Positions 45,994 through 55,900 of a stretch of 64,000 bases of DNA are shown here, one piece after another. The notes beneath the pieces are model-generated. The model made no database searches. It saw only the letters and a list, made by a program, of their open reading frames with translations, and was not told the DNA's origin. How positions within the stretch are numbered: the stretch's first letter is position 1; each line of letters opens with the position of its first letter. Made by a program: the position numbers and the translations under genes. The stretch comes from Terrimicrobiaceae bacterium (GTDB lineage: Bacteria; Verrucomicrobiota; Verrucomicrobiia; Chthoniobacterales; Terrimicrobiaceae): assembly GCA_041752695.1 (NCBI GenBank), contig JBGSVZ010000031.1:125229-189228 (forward strand), in the 5' to 3' direction.

Positions 45994-47039
45994 TTCCGCC
46001 GCGGATCGGCCTCTTCGATCCGGCGAGTGATTTCGAGGGCGATGTCGAGGGCTTCGGCGGCCTGGTGACCCGAAACTTTGGGTTTCGCCCCTTCCCGGGC
46101 ACATTCCAGAAACGACTCGAGCTCGATTTTGAGCGGCTCGCCTTTTGCGATCTCGACGGGTTCGCGTACGATGCGCCGGCCGCTGAATTCCGTGACGATG
46201 GAAGCGTCGGTGGCCAGGCCGACTAGCTTGCCGAGGATGGAGCTTTCGGCTTCGCCTTCGTGGGCGAGGCGGAGTAGGTAGCCGGATTGATTCTGATAAT
46301 CCAGCGAGAGATACGCATTCTCTTGAAAGACGCGGATCTTGCGGATTTTGTCCTGGCTGATGCGGCTGGCAGTGACGTTGGCCACGCAGCCGTTTTCGAA
46401 ACGGAAGCGCACGTTTGCAATGTCCTCGCCTTTGCTCAGGACGGATATGCCCACGGGGTCGATGCTGACCAGCGGAGATCGCACGATGTGCAGGATGATC
46501 TCGATGTCATGAATCATCAAATCGAGCACGACGCCAATGTCCGTGCTGCGGTTTGGGTAAGGTGACAGACGGGTGACTTCGAGGAAGCGCGGGTTCTGCA
46601 GTTTTGATTCCAGCGCGGCGAGGACGGGGTTGAAACGTTCGATGTGCCCGACCTGCAGCACGCAGCCGCGGGTGGCGGCCAGTTCCGCCAGCGCCCGGGC
46701 GGATTCCGGGGTGTCGGCGATGGGTTTTTCGATGAGGAGGTGTTTGCCGCGCTCAAGGAGAAATTTTCCGATTTCGTAGTGGGTGAGGGTGGGAGTGCAA
46801 ATGGTGGCGGCGTCCACCAGTTCGGCAAATTCTTCCAGGGATGTCGCGGCGTGCGTGCGGAACTTTTTGGCGACGCGCGCGGCCGTTTCGGGGTCGTTGT
46901 CGAAGACGGCGGTGAGGGTTGAACCGGGAACTTCGGAATAGACGCGGGCGTGGTTGAGGCCCATGTGGCCGACGCCGACGACTCCGGTGCGGAGAGGCTG
47001 GGACGAGGGGCGGAGGGCAGGGGTCGGGGTGTGGGTCAT
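45990..47039 (-). CDS. Gfo/Idh/MocA oxidoreductase (GnnA-like)
   Basis: GVVGVGHMG, EKP, VGHIERFNP and VVLDLMIHD; lies between lpxI and lpxB. Confidence 0.88.
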   Translation of the reverse strand: MTHTPTPALRPSSQPLRTGVVGVGHMGLNHARVYSEVPGSTLTAVFDNDPETAARVAKKFRTHAATSLEEFAELVDAATICTPTLTHYEIGKFLLERGKHLLIEKPIADTPESARALAELAATRGCVLQVGHIERFNPVLAALESKLQNPRFLEVTRLSPYPNRSTDIGVVLDLMIHDIEIILHIVRSPLVSIDPVGISVLSKGEDIANVRFRFENGCVANVTASRISQDKIRKIRVFQENAYLSLDYQNQSGYLLRLAHEGEAESSILGKLVGLATDASIVTEFSGRRIVREPVEIAKGEPLKIELESFLECAREGAKPKVSGHQAAEALDIALEITRRIEEADPRRK

Positions 47040-47851
47040 TCGGAAATTCCGTAAAGGGTGATGCCGGCGGCAGCGGCGGCTGCGGCCACGCGCGGGCGGT
47101 CGAGAAAGAGGGTGCAAAGTGCCTCGACGGCGATGATTTTCACCTTCGCCTCGTGGGCGGTTTTAATAGTTTGTTCGCCGATCACAGGAACGTCGAACCG
47201 CATGTCCTGGTTGGGTTTGGTCACCTTGACCATGATGGCGCCTTCCTTCCCCAGCGCGCCGCCGCGGCGGATGCATTCGTTGGTGCCTTCGAAGGCCTCT
47301 ACGGCGAGTACTGTGCCATGGCGAACGATGACGGTCTGGCCGATGTCCAGCAGGCTGGTTTGTTTGGCGATGCCGAACCCGAAGCGGATATCCTCAATCT
47401 GGCGGGTCTTCAGTTTCGGACCCGCGATGTGGCCGGAGGGTGCGAGGTGAGCGTCGAGAAACGTGGTAGCATTGAGCAGTTCCACCCCGGCTCTCGAAAG
47501 TTGATTCGAGACCTCGCCGAAAAGCGTTTCCGCATTGCGGCGCTTCAGGCGGGCCAGGATCACTAGGGCCTGCCAGTCGGGGCGGAGATGAAAAAGATTT
47601 TTCGGCGCGATCTGGCCGGCCATCATGGCGTGGCGGGCACCGGAACTTTTGGCGGCGGAAAGGAGCTTTCCAAGCTGACCGACCTTCATCCAGTGGACCT
47701 GATCTGCCGCCGCCGCGGTGGATTCCGGGGTTTCTCCCTCGAAGGCGGCAAGGGCGATGGATCTCACCCCGGCGGCGCGGGCGGACTCAATGACCAGAGT
47801 CGGATAAACCCCGCTGCCCGCGATGAGAAAGAGAGATTCCGGTATGCTCAA
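47036..47851 (-). CDS. lpxI: UDP-2,3-diacylglucosamine diphosphatase LpxI
   Basis: IAGSG, DIGQ, AVEAFEGT and KPNQDMRFDVPVIG. Confidence 0.92.
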   Translation of the reverse strand: MSIPESLFLIAGSGVYPTLVIESARAAGVRSIALAAFEGETPESTAAAADQVHWMKVGQLGKLLSAAKSSGARHAMMAGQIAPKNLFHLRPDWQALVILARLKRRNAETLFGEVSNQLSRAGVELLNATTFLDAHLAPSGHIAGPKLKTRQIEDIRFGFGIAKQTSLLDIGQTVIVRHGTVLAVEAFEGTNECIRRGGALGKEGAIMVKVTKPNQDMRFDVPVIGEQTIKTAHEAKVKIIAVEALCTLFLDRPRVAAAAAAAGITLYGISE

Positions 47852-47894
47852 GCCTATCCTTTAGCGGGGATGGCCTCTGGCTGACAAGCGCGGC

Positions 47895-48647
47895 TCAAAA
47901 GGAATCCTCGAAGCGGTTGACGCGAAAGTTGGGGGACTTTTTGGGGGATGCCGTTGGGGCGGCGGCGCCACGACTGTTTTTCACCGACCGCATCTGGGCT
48001 TCATCGGCAGGGGGACCTCCTCGGCCGACGTCAAAGGTATTGATCGCAACCATGGCGCTGCGGCCGGCCCCGGGAAGTTTGCGCCGGGGCTCGATGAAAG
48101 CCACCGGCGAATAATAATTCGTGTAGTCCTTGGCGAATCCCCGCTGGTTAAAGCCAATGTGAATGTTTTTACGGATCTCGAAATGGAGGTGAGCCGGGTA
48201 CATTCCCCGATTGGTGCCAATGGTCCCCACCTGCTGCCCCCGCACGATCTGCTGATTTTCCCGGACGAGAATTTTATCGAGGTGGGCATAGACGGAATCG
48301 ACCGTCTTCATCTGCTGGTCTTCGAGAAAGGTGTGACGAATGATCACGAGGTTACCCCAGCCCATGCGCATGTCGCGGGCGAGGACAACCAAGCCGTTGG
48401 CGGTCGAATAAACGGGCTTGCCCAGGTCGGAGTTTCCTCCTTCGAGGCCGTTCCAATCGTCTCCCATGTGGTAGTTGGGGCGGAAACCCCGCGCCCGATA
48501 ATATCCCTCGGCGTCCGGCTTGCCGACCGGTTGGTCAAAACCGTCTGCCAGGCGCGTGCGGGCCGTCGAAGGCGACGGCGCGCTCACCAGTCCGGCCAGG
48601 AGGCCGAAAAGAAAAAGCCAGAAGAGGTGTTTGCGGAGGAAACGCAT
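47895..48647 (-). CDS. M23-family metallopeptidase
   Basis: Signal peptide, HMGDDWN, SVYAHL and AHLHFEIR. Confidence 0.88.
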   Translation of the reverse strand: MRFLRKHLFWLFLFGLLAGLVSAPSPSTARTRLADGFDQPVGKPDAEGYYRARGFRPNYHMGDDWNGLEGGNSDLGKPVYSTANGLVVLARDMRMGWGNLVIIRHTFLEDQQMKTVDSVYAHLDKILVRENQQIVRGQQVGTIGTNRGMYPAHLHFEIRKNIHIGFNQRGFAKDYTNYYSPVAFIEPRRKLPGAGRSAMVAINTFDVGRGGPPADEAQMRSVKNSRGAAAPTASPKKSPNFRVNRFEDSF

Positions 48648-48772
48648 CGGGAGGGGAAGTTTACGGTTGGAAGGGGCCATGGCGCAACTTTTTCGCGCCT
48701 TAAACTTGCCCCATCCCCTCCCGCCGAACCCCACGTTCCCCAAAAAGTTGGCACCCCTTCCCCGCAATCCTG

Positions 48773-48810
48773 TTAACAATAAATGTCCCACCTGCGACAT
48801 TTATTGTTAA
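48773..48810. repeat. Perfect 15-bp AT-rich inverted repeat with an 8-bp spacer
   Basis: TTAACAATAAATGTC-CCACCTGC-GACATTTATTGTTAA between divergent genes. Confidence 0.9.
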
Positions 48811-48895
48811 TGACGGGGAGTCGATTTTGGCAGAGGCAGGGTTCCGCAGATGCGCCCTTGCCTGGGCGGGGTCGGGGTTCTAGCTTTGTCTGGTA

Positions 48896-49663
48896 ATGGC
48901 TTCCGTGACTTTTCTTGGGACAGGGCCGGGCAACGCGATGCCTGGTCGGTTTCAGTCGAGTATCGTTTTCGAATCGCAGGATCGTTTGGTCCTGCTCGAC
49001 GCGGGCGAACCCTGCACGGCGCAACTGCTTAACCTGGGATATTCATTGGCGGATCTCGATGCGATCTGGATCACCCACGCTCACTCCGACCATGTGGGCG
49101 GCCTTCCTCTCTTGCTTCAGGCCAGCTGGCTCCATGGGCGAACCCGGGCGCTGCCACTGGGGCTTCCCGCGCACCTGGTGGAGCCCCTGAAGAGTTGGCT
49201 GGGAGCGGTATTTTTGCCGGAACTTCCCTACGGGTTGGAAATGTTTTCGTGGGAGGTGCTGTCCTCGCAGGAGTGTCTGGGTTTTTCTGTCACTCCTCAT
49301 TACACCACCCATCTGGCCCGTCTGCGTGAGGTCTCCGGGTATCAGGAGGTCGAGTCCTTTCTTTTGGACATTTGCGACGCCGGGAGGCGTCTGGTTTATA
49401 CGGGAGATCTCGGGGCCGCCTCGGACCTTGTCCCGGTGTTATCCGAACCGATCGATCTCCTAATTTGTGAGCTTGCCCATCTGTCTGTCGGCGAACTCGT
49501 CGCAGTTCTGGCGGATGCGAAAGTCGGCACCCTTTGCCTGACGCATGTCTCGAGCGAACTTGATGAGGGGGCGCGAGGTGAAATCAAACTGAGGTTGGAA
49601 CGAGAGTTGTCGGGGGTGGACGCGATCTATCTCCCCGAAGACGGCGAGCGGGTGGAATTTTAG
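48896..49663 (+). CDS. Metallo-beta-lactamase-fold hydrolase (RNase Z-like)
   Basis: FLGTG, LLDAGE, THAHSDH, YTGD and LTH. Confidence 0.88.
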   Translation: MASVTFLGTGPGNAMPGRFQSSIVFESQDRLVLLDAGEPCTAQLLNLGYSLADLDAIWITHAHSDHVGGLPLLLQASWLHGRTRALPLGLPAHLVEPLKSWLGAVFLPELPYGLEMFSWEVLSSQECLGFSVTPHYTTHLARLREVSGYQEVESFLLDICDAGRRLVYTGDLGAASDLVPVLSEPIDLLICELAHLSVGELVAVLADAKVGTLCLTHVSSELDEGARGEIKLRLERELSGVDAIYLPEDGERVEF

Positions 49664-49695
49664 CCTTTGCCAATAATGGTCGATCTGTTCGGAAG

Positions 49696-50721
49696 ATGAT
49701 TGCGAGAGTGACGATGGCGGAAGTGGCGGCGGCGGCTGGAGTGTCAGCGTCGACGGTCTGCCGGGCGCTGAGTTCCCATCCGCAAATTCCACCGGAAACG
49801 CGGGACAGAGTGCGCGCTGTGGCGACCCGGATGGGATACAAAGTGGATCCCCTACTTTCCGCTTTGGCGTCGAGGCGGCGGGGCAAGGTCGAGGGGTCGG
49901 AGGCGACCACCATTGCTTACGTCACTAAGTTCGACACGGCACTGGGCTGGCGGAAGAATCCCTATTATCGGCGACTTTTTGACGGAGCTGGCGCCAGGGC
50001 GGATCATTTGGGGTATCGCTTGGAACATTTTTGGTTGAAGCAACCGGGGATGGATGGCCGCCGCCTTAGTCGGATTCTCTACAATCGTGGCATCTCGGTG
50101 GTTTTCGTGCCGCCAATTCCGGGGGTGCGCGGACATTTGACCTTGGACTGGCCGCGGTTCAGCAGCATTGCCATTGCGTACTCCCTGCTGCGCCCCAACC
50201 TGCACAGGGCTTCCACACACCATTTTCACGGTATTCTGACAATCGTCCGCCAACTCCGGCGGATGGGGTATCGGAAAATTGGGTTTTGTGTTTATAAAGA
50301 CACGAGTAAACGGGTGGACGGACAGTGGATGGCGGGATTTCTCCTGTGTCAGCACCTTCTGGAAGATATCAATCTGGTTCACTTTGTCTTTGATGACCGC
50401 AGTGCTTCTCGGATTCCAAGTTGGTGCCGGAAGGAGAAACTGGAGGTGGTCATCGGCGGGGAACCCAGTGTGCTGGCGAAATTAAGGCAAAGCGGGATGT
50501 TTCCTGGCGAAATCGATTATGCCTCCGGAAGTTGGGATGACACCGAACCGGACATCGCCGGTCTCGACCAAAGGCCGGAAGAAATCGGTGCTGTGGCGGT
50601 GGATCTGGTCATTGCCCAATTGCAACGGGGTGAGCGGGGAGCGCCCGCGGTTCCGTTCACGACAATGGTCGAACCCTTGTGGCGCGACGGGTCCAGTCTG
50701 CGCCGGGAGACGAAGGGATAG
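49696..50721 (+). CDS. LacI-family transcriptional regulator (verrucomicrobial type)
   Basis: TMAEVAAAAGVSASTVCRAL HTH; GYRLEHF, AGLDQRPEEIG and GERG...W. Confidence 0.92.
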   Translation: MIARVTMAEVAAAAGVSASTVCRALSSHPQIPPETRDRVRAVATRMGYKVDPLLSALASRRRGKVEGSEATTIAYVTKFDTALGWRKNPYYRRLFDGAGARADHLGYRLEHFWLKQPGMDGRRLSRILYNRGISVVFVPPIPGVRGHLTLDWPRFSSIAIAYSLLRPNLHRASTHHFHGILTIVRQLRRMGYRKIGFCVYKDTSKRVDGQWMAGFLLCQHLLEDINLVHFVFDDRSASRIPSWCRKEKLEVVIGGEPSVLAKLRQSGMFPGEIDYASGSWDDTEPDIAGLDQRPEEIGAVAVDLVIAQLQRGERGAPAVPFTTMVEPLWRDGSSLRRETKG

Positions 50722-50725
50722 GCTC

Positions 50726-50741
50726 TACGCAATCTATTGCG
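50726..50741. promoter_or_regulatory. Operator candidate TACGCAATCTATTGCG (copy 1)
   Basis: Near-palindrome directly upstream of the pilin cassette; an identical copy lies at 58298-58313. Confidence 0.75.
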
Positions 50742-50788
50742 AAATCAGTCCCTTGTCGAAGCAGCACTGCAACTACATCGTATGGACC

Positions 50789-51568
50789 ATGTCCATCCCC
50801 TCCCGTGTCTTTCCTCGTTGCGATTTTAGGGCTCCGTCCGACCGTCGTGCCGCTTTCACGCTGGTGGAGTTGCTGACAGTGATGGGGTTCATGTCGCTGC
50901 TGGTTGCGGTGACGGTGCCTGCGGTCAACGGTCTGAAGGGCAGCGGGGATTTGAATCGTGCGGTGGATGAGGTGTCGTTGACATTCAACCGCGCCCGGAC
51001 CCATGCCATGACGCAAAACACCTACGTTTGGGTGGGAATTTTGGAGGAGTCCGCGCTGTCTCCATCGGCCTCGGTGCCTCCCTACACGGGTCAGGGAACG
51101 CTTGTGCTGGGGGTGGCTGCCTCGGCGGATGGCACGGCAATTTATGATGCAGGGGCGCTCGCGGCGGCGATACCCGAGACGCGTTTGAAGCCTCTGGGAA
51201 GGGTTCTCAAAGTGACGAACGTGCATGCCACGGATTTGGGTAGTCCCAGCGGAGCCGGCGGTGCCCATCAACTCGATGCCCGTCCCGCCGGACCCTACAC
51301 GGATGACGACCCCGAGGGGTGCCGGATCAGCAGCGACAGTGGGCAGCAGACGCCTTATCCCTTTGCCATGGGAGGGTACATCTTTTACAAGACGGTTCGT
51401 TTCAGCCCAAGTGGCGAAGTGACCATCAATGGTTCCTCCGTCCCCAAGCGGCTCGCGGAAATCGGGTTGGTTCCGGCCCAGGGTGACCGGGTCTCGCCCA
51501 ACCCCGCGAACATGGCCGCGATCCAAATTTCCGGCATCGGTGGAAATGTGCGGGTGTATCGCAAGTAG
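50789..51568 (+). CDS. Prepilin-type protein (Verru_Chthon cassette protein D / FimT-like)
   Basis: AFTLVELL N-methylation motif plus hydrophobic helix; C-terminal GNVRVYR. Confidence 0.8.
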   Translation: MSIPSRVFPRCDFRAPSDRRAAFTLVELLTVMGFMSLLVAVTVPAVNGLKGSGDLNRAVDEVSLTFNRARTHAMTQNTYVWVGILEESALSPSASVPPYTGQGTLVLGVAASADGTAIYDAGALAAAIPETRLKPLGRVLKVTNVHATDLGSPSGAGGAHQLDARPAGPYTDDDPEGCRISSDSGQQTPYPFAMGGYIFYKTVRFSPSGEVTINGSSVPKRLAEIGLVPAQGDRVSPNPANMAAIQISGIGGNVRVYRK

Positions 51569-51570
51569 GA

Positions 51571-52044
51571 ATGGCTCGCAGAATCATTCGGGGATTTTCG
51601 CTGGTGGAGATTTCACTGGCGCTGGGCGTGGCGGCCTTTTGTCTGGTCGCAATCTTTGCACTTTTGCCCATCGGGTTGAAGGGGAATCTGGAATCTAGTG
51701 AGGAGACCATCGCGACAGGCGTGCTTTCCCAGGTGGTGGCAGATCTTTTCGCGAGCCCTGTGACCAATCCTCCTGGAGCGGCCACGAACTCCCTGCAATT
51801 TGCCATTCCTATCCCTGCCAATCCCGTGACCGCGGTGACGGCAGTTCCGTCGCGCTATTTCAGTGAGTCGGGCTATGACGGAACCTCTCGTCTGGCCAGT
51901 TCTCAATTTCGTTTGGACGTGACGTTTCTGCCTGCGGGGGCGGCGAAATCGGCCACGATGGCGCGGGTAATAGCCAGTTGGCCCGCCGCCGCGCCTAATC
52001 CCTCTGGCAAGGTCGAAACATTGGTCGCGCTGGACCGAAATTAG
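51571..52044 (+). CDS. Verru_Chthon cassette protein B (minor pilin)
   Basis: GFSLVEISLALGVAAFCLVAIFALLPIGL; RYFSESG; SWPAAA. Confidence 0.85.
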   Translation: MARRIIRGFSLVEISLALGVAAFCLVAIFALLPIGLKGNLESSEETIATGVLSQVVADLFASPVTNPPGAATNSLQFAIPIPANPVTAVTAVPSRYFSESGYDGTSRLASSQFRLDVTFLPAGAAKSATMARVIASWPAAAPNPSGKVETLVALDRN

Positions 52045-52050
52045 CGCGCC

Positions 52051-52926
52051 ATGAAAGTTCCCCCTTCCATCGTGCGTCGTAGGCCGGCGTGTGGCGCCCG
52101 GGCGTTTTCCCTGATCGAGCTTGTCACGGCGGCAGTGGTTTTTATCATTCTCGGTCTCATCATTGCGCAGCTCCTGTCGAGCGCCACCAAGGTGACGGGA
52201 CTTAGCAACAAAAAGCAGGAGGCTGACGTCCAGGCGCGGTTGGTCTTTAGCCGCATGGGCCTCGATTTTGCCAAGATGCTTAAGCGTGATGATGTGAAAT
52301 ATTATCTCCATCGTGAGCCGGGGAACGGCAATGACCGGATCGCCTTTTTGAGCGAAGTGACCGGATATTATCCGTCCGCAGCCAACCCGGGAGCTATCTC
52401 TGTGGTGGCCTATCGTGTGGGGGAGAGCGCGATGGAGTTTAAAGGCCTGGAACGGCTGAGCAAGGGCCTTTCGTGGATTGGTGACGCCACCGGGGAGAGT
52501 CCGGCGATCTTTCATCAGGATATCGGCACAATCGTTCCTGCGGCAGTCGGAACAGCAGCGGCTCCGGAATACGAAGATATTGGTCCTGGCGTGTTGCGAC
52601 TGGAGTATTTTTACGTGTTGAAAAACGGCAGGCTGAGTGAGAATCCGTGGGATGTGGAGCAGGGACATTCCACCGTGGAGGGCTTCCGGGATGTCGAGGC
52701 GATTTGCGTCGTTATCGCAGTGGTGGATCCCGCGGTGTTCTCCCGCGTGAGCCCCGCAGAAATGCGGGCGCTGGCCGCGAAATTGCCGGATTTTTCCGCG
52801 ACGGGAATGGCGGTGATGGGCGAATTGGAAAGGGCCTGGCAGATGGCTGTTAATCAGGATTCGTTTTCGCAAAAAAGCGGGGGAACGGTGCGCATCCACA
52901 CGCGGTGTTTTCCGCTGAAGTCATGA
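52051..52926 (+). CDS. Verru_Chthon cassette protein C-like (PilW/PulJ-type minor pilin)
   Basis: AFSLIELV prepilin motif; ARLVFSRMGLD. Confidence 0.78.
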   Translation: MKVPPSIVRRRPACGARAFSLIELVTAAVVFIILGLIIAQLLSSATKVTGLSNKKQEADVQARLVFSRMGLDFAKMLKRDDVKYYLHREPGNGNDRIAFLSEVTGYYPSAANPGAISVVAYRVGESAMEFKGLERLSKGLSWIGDATGESPAIFHQDIGTIVPAAVGTAAAPEYEDIGPGVLRLEYFYVLKNGRLSENPWDVEQGHSTVEGFRDVEAICVVIAVVDPAVFSRVSPAEMRALAAKLPDFSATGMAVMGELERAWQMAVNQDSFSQKSGGTVRIHTRCFPLKS

Positions 52927-55900
52927 AAGAATCTTATCCTCCAACGCCCACCGCGCGAGGAACCGCTCTTATCGTGGTCCTGATGTTTGTCGTCCTCATG
53001 ACGGTGGTCGTCCTGGCATTTTTTATGAAAGCGACCGCCTTCCGGGGCCTTTCGCAAAGTGCAGTCAGTGAATTTAAAGCGGAGACGCTGGCGCGAAGCG
53101 CTCTGGCGATTACCGTCGCCGACCTTCGGCAGGAAATTAAAAATGGCTCCACGCAAAAGACCCTTGGAAATACGTCTCTTTTTTACCCGACGAGCGCTGC
53201 CAATGCCATTCCCATGCGGAGTGGAAATCCGGCCCCGGAGCCCGACGGCTCGGACCCGATTCCTAACCTTATCCGTCGCAGTGTCCGGGCCGACAGCATT
53301 GCCAGTCCCGGGGTTGTCAGTCGGGCCTCGGCCGCCAGTTCTGTCACCCCGTCGGGGAATGGTCGCTTCATCAGCCCAGCTCGTTGGAACAAACACTACC
53401 TCATTCCTCGTGATCCCGCACTCTATGGCGGGGCGAATGCCGGCATAGTTGGCACGGATCCCATACCGGGTTTTGTGCCGCCGGATTGGGTCTATGTGAC
53501 AGACAACGGTCCGGAAGTCCTCGCCGCTTCGAAAAGAAGCGTCATTGGACGTTACGCCTTCGCGATTTATGATGAAGGCGGTTTGCTCGATATCAATGTG
53601 GCGGGCTATCCGACGAACACCCCGGTCGAAACCAAACCGCATCCCAACCCAAATCCGAACCATCGGCCAAGCTGGGGATCAGGGAAAAAAGAGGCGCTCA
53701 CCTTTGCGGATCTAACGGTGTTGGGATTGACGCAGAACGAGGTGGATCAGGTGGTGGGCTGGAGAAACTTCGCGACGGCGCAGCCCACCGGCCAATTCCC
53801 GACCTTTGCGTTTGATGCCGCGGCCGCCCTCCGGGTGCATGAGCAAGCGGTGGGAAATGACTCGGGATTTTTGAAGGTTTCCGAGACGACCTGGCTCTCT
53901 GGGGGCCAGACGAAGACAGATCAGATGTTCACCAGCCGCCAGCAGCTTCTCAAATTCCGTAATCAGGTGGGATTTTCCCAGGATGCCTTGCAATATTTGG
54001 GGACCTTCTCACGCTCGCTAGAGGAGCCGTCTTATGTTCCGAATGCCGCGCGGCCAAGGATTCACGCCAATCAGAACACGAACAATGCGAGCTACGGGCG
54101 AGGCAATGATGCGTTCTCACTTGATCGTGATCTGGCGAATCCCTCGACGGATATCAACCCGCCGGTACCGGAAGTTCGTGTGAAAACACCCGGATTTACC
54201 CGCCCTGATGGAACGGCCGCAACAGTGGGAGACCCTCTGCTTAAACATAAATTCCCTCTTTTCCGGCTGAAAAAAGTTGTTCGAACGGCGACCGCACTGA
54301 AGAGTGAGAGTGATCCGATCTATCGCGAGTTCGGAATCTACCGAACCAGTGCTTCTGATCCCTGGCTATATGATCATGGCAACGGCACGGGCATCCTGCG
54401 GCTGGACGAGGTGGCCGCCCTGGGTCGAGAGCCGGACTTTTTTGAAATATTGAACGCGGGCATTGATATTGGAAGTCTGGGCAAGCCGGTGGCATTTTCT
54501 AATTTCGATACCCCCGGCGGATATGGGAATATCATTTTCCAACGAGCTGCGCTGACCGGACTTCATACTCTCCAAATTGGTGCCAATATTCTTGATCAGT
54601 CAGACGAGGATGGGTTTCCCTCGCGCATTGCGTTTTCGGGAAGTCCGGACCGCATGGTGTCGGGAATCGAGGATCTTCCCTATATCTACCACTTGCGGAA
54701 CCGCATCTCCTTCCCTTCTGTCGGAGTGGGTCGGTTCTTGATCCAGCCAGTGGTGTGGAATCCTCATGATCCCGCGGGGAAAGACCCCGTCGATGCTCCT
54801 GGCTCATTTCGTATCCGGGCTGTTCCACAGGATCCGGCGCAGATGGCTGAATTCAAGGTAGAATATTACCAGGGAAACCCTTTGCAAAATTTTGAGTTGG
54901 AGTGGGACCGTCCGACGAGTGGCTATGGCCCGGTCACTTTCAATGCAGGAGAAAGCAACGGTTACCATGGATTCCGTCAGCCCGCCCTCCTGGGTGAGGC
55001 GAATCTTCCCGCCGGGAGTAACACGGCGGGTAACGGTTTCAACCAGGACGACTTCGATCCTACGACGACTTTGGTGGGAGTTGTGGCTGCGGATTTTTTG
55101 GTTCGCGTTCCCAGAGTTTCCAATCCCGCCTTATTCGCCTATGCCAACAAGCTGAGTATTTCGGGGCCGACACCCGGGGTGAATTTTGTTTTGGAGTATC
55201 GGGAGGGATCAAACTGGATTCCCTACAACACAATACCCTATTGGTCCGTCGGCGCATCTCTTGGGTTGGGTCACACCGGAATTGACACCGCTGCCGAACA
55301 GAAGACGCACTTCATGACTCATTTTACCAATGGCGGCGGGCTCAAGGCGATCGATTTCGAATCCAGTGGCAATGAGCGGTGGAGAGGGGTCACGCGCACG
55401 GACCCGAGAAACGAACGCCTCGCGCCGTCCTTTGCCCAATACATTCACAAACCAGCGGTGCTCGATGCGTCGCAAAACATTTACGAGACCTATCGAGGCG
55501 GCACGGGCTTGTCGTTTGCTGACCACCATACAGGCGTTTCAGACAACGGCTTTGTGGGCGGCTGGGTGGGCCTAACTCCAAATTGGCATCGGGGACACCA
55601 GCATGGGCTGTGGGCAGAAAATAGCGTGAGAGCGACCCGGCAGACCGATCTAAGTGTGGCGGAAACCCGTCGCTTTAATCGAGATCCCGATGGCATTGTC
55701 CGCCGCGCCATGGGCGGGTATGCCACGGACTCGACCAGCGGGGGAGACTTCGACAATATCCATGGCCTTCCACTGGCCACTCATAATTTTTCCAGCCGTC
55801 CAGTCATTTTGAACAGGCCATTTTTATCCGTGGCTGAGTTGGGTCACGTGCATCGGGGGGAGACATGGAAAAACCTTTCCTTTGGGTTTCCCGAGAGCGG

